DNA of 32,000 nucleotides from Dickeya dadantii NCPPB 898 (GTDB lineage Bacteria; Pseudomonadota; Gammaproteobacteria; Enterobacterales; Enterobacteriaceae): NCBI RefSeq assembly GCF_000406145.1, contig NZ_CM001976.1, positions 1,360,729 to 1,392,728 of the forward strand, read 5' to 3'. Shown piece by piece: positions 27,607 to 32,000 of this stretch (position 1 is its first letter; each line of letters starts with the position of its first letter). The notes under the pieces were generated by a model. It saw only the letters and a program-made list of their open reading frames with translations, ran no database searches and was not told where the DNA came from. The position numbers and the translations under genes were made by a program.

Positions 27607-28833
27607 ATGAAAATGACAGATCTCTCTCAGCGTAATGCACAGGTATTAATATTAAAATTCTTCCTTTCAATATGTGTTTTATTGCCAACGGGGAGTGTTT
27701 GGGGAGTGAATGTCAAATTCTTATTTCTTTTTTTATTGTTAGGCACGACCTTATTGGGGAAAGGAAAAGGTATTGTAAAAATTGTGATAGGGTTATTACC
27801 TCCAGTGGTATTAATATTAATTTTTAGTTTGATCACTGAATTTAATGGTAGATATACTTTAGTATCTCTTGATCAAACCAAAGATTTGCTGGTGTTCTTT
27901 CTCATGGTGACGTTGGGGTATGCTTTAGTTGCGCCGGAGAAAAGATATGAGGTTATAGTTAAAACAATCGTAAGATGTTTAGTTTTACTTGGGGTAGCTA
28001 AGATATTGATTCTTCTTTATGCAGTTCTCACTGGGAGAGGGGCGTCATTTGTAGTACAAGGGATTTCGGCTTTTTTTAATACGTCTTTAATGACAATGGA
28101 ATCAGATGATGTTGTTGTTAGTCGAATAAATTTCATGTCTGATTATTTGATTCCGACTGTTTTGTATTTATCGTTACGTGAGGTACTAATTAAAAAGACT
28201 TTATGGAAAGAGTGGGGTGTGATTTTTATTCTTTTTTCTTCTCTAATTATTAGTATGTCCAGGTTTTTATGGGCGGCAGGGTTTCTTTGTCTTCTCTTGG
28301 CTTTGATATCTAACTATAAGAAATACAAAAGTTTTTTAATTATTTGCGGAATGGTTTCTTTGGCTGTTTTTTTACTGTCGCTTCCTTCTGTACAAGATTT
28401 GATTGAATTTAGATTTTTATCTAAAGGGGTTACTGAGTCAGACCTGACGAGAACTCTTCAGTATAATGGAATTGTCAAGCATTTTATAGAGTACCCCCTT
28501 CTAGGGAACGGAATCGGTTATTATATTCCAGATCTTATAAGGAGTCATTTGTCGTTGTATTCATATGAGCTTCAGATTCCGGCTCTTTATATGCAAATGG
28601 GAATTGTTGGGGCTTCGTCAATAATTCTGATTGTGCTCATAATCTTGTTTTCTCAGATGAAAGGATTGTCATTAAATTTGTCAATTTCTTATGTTGTCCT
28701 GGTGGCGTTGTGGTTGTCCGGAGGATTTTTTAACCCTGTGATTATATCCTCAACCGGGGGCGTGTCTTTTTTGTTGATATATTCAATACCAAGTGGTTTT
28801 AAATATCGTAGTGAAGAAGAAGTGGGTGTTTAA
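27607..28833 (+). CDS. wzy: Wzy-type repeat-unit polymerase (O-antigen ligase-like membrane protein)
   Basis: The ORF is 408 aa, extremely hydrophobic and polytopic. It has one larger hydrophilic loop (SKGVTESDLTRTLQYNGIVKHFIEYPLLGNGIGYY). It sits in the variable cassette next to wzx and the GT genes. Wzy proteins are poorly conserved, so the call rests on topology and context. Confidence 0.7.
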   Translation: MKMTDLSQRNAQVLILKFFLSICVLLPTGSVWGVNVKFLFLFLLLGTTLLGKGKGIVKIVIGLLPPVVLILIFSLITEFNGRYTLVSLDQTKDLLVFFLMVTLGYALVAPEKRYEVIVKTIVRCLVLLGVAKILILLYAVLTGRGASFVVQGISAFFNTSLMTMESDDVVVSRINFMSDYLIPTVLYLSLREVLIKKTLWKEWGVIFILFSSLIISMSRFLWAAGFLCLLLALISNYKKYKSFLIICGMVSLAVFLLSLPSVQDLIEFRFLSKGVTESDLTRTLQYNGIVKHFIEYPLLGNGIGYYIPDLIRSHLSLYSYELQIPALYMQMGIVGASSIILIVLIILFSQMKGLSLNLSISYVVLVALWLSGGFFNPVIISSTGGVSFLLIYSIPSGFKYRSEEEVGV

Positions 28834-29219
28834 TTTAATTATATGGCAAAAGCGTTAACTTGATAAAATCTTTCTTTTTAAAGATACGTTTTAAGGTAGT
28901 TATTATCGAAGTGCCTGAGATCGATGGCATGGTGTTTTTAAATATATCCAAAATTTCTAATCCTTATTATTCTTGTTGAGGTTGATGGAGTGAAATAATT
29001 GTTTTCCCGATGTCATTATGAATATCTAAATGAGACTGATGACGTGGCGTATCTGATTTTAAGGAGGGAAACGACAACGGCAAAAAGCCTGAATGCAAAG
29101 TGATAGCCAGAACAATTATCGGGATTGAATGCAGGCCCATTCCAATCCATTCGGGTGCCTAACCCTACAGATGAGTGTTATCATGGCACCTATTCGTATC
29201 ACATTGAATGAGTCATTGT

Positions 29220-30227
29220 ATGAAGTTCCTTGTTACCGGCGCGGCCGGCTTTATCGGCTTCTATGCCTGTCAGTCACTCTGCGCCGCCGGCCATACGGTG
29301 GTGGGGATCGACAACCTCAACAGCTATTACGAGGTATCGCTCAAGGAAGCGCGTCTGGCGAAACTGCGCGCGCTGCCCGGTTTCCATTTCGAGCGGATAG
29401 ATATTGCGGATAGCCAGGCGATGGCGGCGTTGTTCGCGGCGGAAAAATTCGAGCGCGTTATCCACCTCGCCGCGCAGGCCGGGGTGCGTTATTCGCTGGA
29501 AAACCCGATGGTGTATGCACAAAGCAATCTGATCGGGCATCTGAATGTGCTGGAAGGCTGCCGTCATAACGGCGTCGGTCACCTGATTTACGCCTCTTCC
29601 AGCTCGGTGTACGGGCTGAACAGCAAAACGCCGTTCGCCACCGCCGATTCGACCGATCACCCGATCTCGCTGTACGCCGCGACCAAGAAATCCAATGAAC
29701 TGATGGCGCACTCCTATTCGCATCTGTATGACCTGCCGACCACCGGTTTGCGCTTTTTCACGGTGTATGGACCGTGGGGGCGTCCGGACATGGCGCTGTT
29801 CAAGTTCACCCGCCGGATTCTGGCTGGCGAACCGATCGATATCTACAATCAGGGTGATATGTGGCGTGATTTCACCTATGTCACCGACATTGTGGAAGGC
29901 ATGCTGCGCATGGTGGATCAGATTCCGGGGCGCGACGCCGGCTGGACGGTGGAAGGCGGCTCGCCGGCCACCAGTTCCGCGCCGTACCAGCTCTACAATA
30001 TCGGTCACGGCAGCCCGGTGCGGCTGATGGATTTCGTGACCGCGCTGGAGTCGGCGCTGGGGCGGGAAGCAGTAAAAAACTTCATGCCGATGCAGGCCGG
30101 CGACGTTTATCAGACCTATGCCGATACCAGCGACCTGTTCGCTGTGACAGGCTATCGACCGCAGGTAGGGGTGGAAAAAGGGGTACAGGCCTTCGTGGAC
30201 TGGTACCGGGATTTCTATCAGGCCTGA
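29220..30227 (+). CDS. NAD-dependent epimerase, probable UDP-glucuronate 4-epimerase (UDP-GlcA to UDP-GalA)
   Basis: The ORF opens at 29208. The ATG at 29220 gives MKFLVTGAAGFIGF, the usual N-terminus of this family, and 335 aa. It has the catalytic YAATKK (YxxxK) and LRFFTVYGPWGRPDMA. It is adjacent to ugd. Confidence 0.85.
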   Translation: MKFLVTGAAGFIGFYACQSLCAAGHTVVGIDNLNSYYEVSLKEARLAKLRALPGFHFERIDIADSQAMAALFAAEKFERVIHLAAQAGVRYSLENPMVYAQSNLIGHLNVLEGCRHNGVGHLIYASSSSVYGLNSKTPFATADSTDHPISLYAATKKSNELMAHSYSHLYDLPTTGLRFFTVYGPWGRPDMALFKFTRRILAGEPIDIYNQGDMWRDFTYVTDIVEGMLRMVDQIPGRDAGWTVEGGSPATSSAPYQLYNIGHGSPVRLMDFVTALESALGREAVKNFMPMQAGDVYQTYADTSDLFAVTGYRPQVGVEKGVQAFVDWYRDFYQA

Positions 30228-30252
30228 GCGAAATAAAGAGAAATTTATACCC

Positions 30253-30312
30253 AAAATAATTCGAGTTGCAGGAAAGCCAACGCACCTGCAACGTTGAAGT
30301 ATGACGGGGATA
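30253..30312 (+). repeat. ERIC element, short form (termini only, internal core deleted)
   Basis: AAAATAATTCGAGTTGCAGGA is joined directly to AAGCCAACGCACCTGCAACGTTGAAGTATGACGGGGATA. It has the same orientation as the copy at 21279-21540. Confidence 0.8.
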
Positions 30313-30403
30313 GACGGCATTACGCAGCGGACGTCTCTGCGGCTTTGCTATTGTTCTGTGACGGGTACAGTGTGTTACCCCGTAGGATGAATGTGGACAG
30401 ATG

Positions 30404-31570
30404 ATGAAAATTGCAATTGCGGGTACCGGTTATGTTGGCTTGTCCAACGCCATGCTGCTGGCGCAGCATAATGAAGTGGTCGCGGTGGATATCGTCGCCG
30501 AAAAAGTGGACATGCTCAACAAAGGCATCTCCCCCATCGTGGATAAGGAAATCGAAGCCTATCTGCGTAACCCGGCGCTGAATTTTCGCGCCACGCTGGA
30601 CGCCGAATCCGCCTATCAGGATGCGGAGTTCGTTATTATCGCCACCCCGACGGATTACGATCCGAAAACCAATTACTTCAACACCCGCTCGGTGGAAGCG
30701 GTGATCGGCAAGGTGCTGGAAGTGAATCCGCACGCGGTGATGATCATCAAATCCACCATCCCGGTGGGATATACCGCGCAGGTCCGCGAGCAGTTCGGCA
30801 CGGAAAATATCATTTTCTCGCCGGAGTTCCTGCGTGAAGGCCGCGCGCTGTACGACAATCTGTACCCGTCCCGTATCGTGGTGGGTGAGCGTTCCGAGCG
30901 CGCCGAGCGTTTTGCCCGACTGCTGGTGGAAGGGGCCATCAAAACCAATATCCCGGTGCTGTTTACCGGTTTAACCGAAGCCGAAGCGATCAAACTGTTC
31001 GCCAATACCTATCTGGCGATGCGCGTGGCCTACTTTAACGAGCTGGATACCTACGCCCAGACCCTGGGGCTGGACAGCAAACAGATCATCGAAGGCGTTG
31101 GGCTGGACCCGCGTATCGGCCAGCACTACAACAACCCGTCGTTCGGCTATGGCGGCTACTGCCTGCCGAAGGATACCAAGCAACTGCTGGCTAACTACGA
31201 ATCGGTGCCGAACAACCTGATTCGGGCGATTGTCGACGCCAACACCACCCGTAAGGATTTCGTCGCCGATTCCGTGCTCAAACGTAATCCGAAAATCGTC
31301 GGTATCTACCGGCTGGTGATGAAAACCGGGTCCGACAACTTCCGCGCCTCCGCGATTCAGGGGGTAATGAAGCGTATCAAAGCCAAAGGGATCGATGTGG
31401 TGGTGTATGAGCCGGCGCTGAAAGAGTCGGAGTTCTTCCGCTCCCGCGTGATTCATAATCTGGATGAATTTAAACAGATGTCCGACGTGATTCTGTCGAA
31501 CCGAATGGCGCCGGAATTGTCTGATGTAATGGAAAAAGTATATACCCGCGATCTCTTCGGCGCCGATTAG
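30404..31570 (+). CDS. ugd: UDP-glucose 6-dehydrogenase
   Basis: The ORF opens at 30401 (MM). The start at 30404 gives [30 protein letters not shown], 388 aa as in E. coli Ugd. It has the catalytic-Cys motif [14 protein letters not shown]. Confidence 0.96.
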   Translation: MKIAIAGTGYVGLSNAMLLAQHNEVVAVDIVAEKVDMLNKGISPIVDKEIEAYLRNPALNFRATLDAESAYQDAEFVIIATPTDYDPKTNYFNTRSVEAVIGKVLEVNPHAVMIIKSTIPVGYTAQVREQFGTENIIFSPEFLREGRALYDNLYPSRIVVGERSERAERFARLLVEGAIKTNIPVLFTGLTEAEAIKLFANTYLAMRVAYFNELDTYAQTLGLDSKQIIEGVGLDPRIGQHYNNPSFGYGGYCLPKDTKQLLANYESVPNNLIRAIVDANTTRKDFVADSVLKRNPKIVGIYRLVMKTGSDNFRASAIQGVMKRIKAKGIDVVVYEPALKESEFFRSRVIHNLDEFKQMSDVILSNRMAPELSDVMEKVYTRDLFGAD

Positions 31571-31653
31571 GTGTATTCTGGCGCCAGAAAAATTAATGTG
31601 ACGCGGTCTTTGTCGTCGCGGCAAACAGCAGCATGTTTTTGAGAGAACACGAA

Positions 31654-32000
31654 ATGACAGCATTAAAAGCGATTATCCCCGTTGCCGGTTTAGGGATGAA
31701 CTTGTTACCGGTTACCAAAGCGATTCCAAAAGAGATGCTTCCGTTGGTTGACCGGCCGGTGATCGAAAAGATTGTCAACGAGTGCGTCAATGCGGGGATT
31801 AAAGAGATCGTGCTGGTGACGCACGCCTCTAAAAACGCCATTGAAAACCATTTTGATACCTCTTTCGAGCTGGAGTCGATGCTGGAAGAGCGCGCCAAGC
31901 GTCAGTTGCTGGCGGAAGTTCAGTCCATTTGCCCGCCGGGCGTGACCATCATGAACGTGCGTCAGGGGCAGACGCTGGGCCTGGGGCACGCCGTGTCCTG
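31654..32000 (+). CDS. galF: UTP--glucose-1-phosphate uridylyltransferase-like regulatory subunit GalF (5' part; continues past the window)
   Basis: The ATG at 31654 gives [78 protein letters not shown]...[14 protein letters not shown]. It has GLGMN instead of the GalU GLGTR motif, and a short N-terminus, so it is GalF-like rather than GalU-like. It is absent from the ORF track because no stop codon falls inside the window. Confidence 0.88.
   Translation, partial: MTALKAIIPVAGLGMNLLPVTKAIPKEMLPLVDRPVIEKIVNECVNAGIKEIVLVTHASKNAIENHFDTSFELESMLEERAKRQLLAEVQSICPPGVTIMNVRQGQTLGLGHAVS

Noticed and set aside
21586-29100. Mobile element (IS, integrase, phage remnant) as the explanation for the low-GC block
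   Set aside because: Every ORF in the block is a plausible polysaccharide gene. No transposase- or integrase-like ORF, terminal inverted repeats, or tRNA attachment site was seen. Only the ERIC copies flank it.
29274-30320. 348-aa minus-strand ORF
   Set aside because: It is antisense to the epimerase gene, which carries a Rossmann GAAGFIG motif and a YxxxK catalytic motif. This is an artefact of high GC.
30971-31989. Minus-strand ORFs 30971-31663, 31593-31898 and 31705-31989
   Set aside because: They are antisense to ugd and to the galF 5' region, both recognised with high confidence.

Overview
This is a chromosomal segment from an Enterobacterales genome; the species cannot be determined from the sequence alone. 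Spot counts on single 60-nt lines put the core genes at about 55-60% GC. No tRNA, rRNA, CRISPR array, IS element or integrase was recognised.

Positions 1-9.6 kb hold a housekeeping block: a small exported protein, metG, mrp/apbC, udk, dcd, asmA and yegH.

From 9.6 kb to the right edge there is one plus-strand polysaccharide locus. It is Wzx/Wzy-dependent, has Wza-Wzb-Wzc, and sits in the same slot next to yegH-asmA-dcd-udk as E. coli colanic acid. In order it contains:
- an AT-rich control region
- a JUMPstart/ops (RfaH) element
- a roughly 0.7 kb leader that carries a decayed copy of the wza start region
- wza-wzb-wzc
- a 0.5 kb AT-rich gap
- a WbaP-family initiating transferase
- a GT2 gene
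- rmlBACD
- an expanded, hairpin-rich ERIC element
- a very AT-rich cassette
- a high-GC UDP-GlcA 4-epimerase-like gene
- a short ERIC copy
- ugd
- the 5' part of galF

The AT-rich cassette holds wzx, three GT2 genes, a beta-helix protein and wzy.

The most notable items are:
- the divergent beta-helix protein with a twin-arginine-like signal, a candidate polymer-specific glycanase
- a GT2 gene that appears truncated by a frameshift at a T8 run
- two direct ERIC copies bracketing the variable cassette
- the wza-start relic in the leader
- the mosaic base composition, including a break inside rmlD
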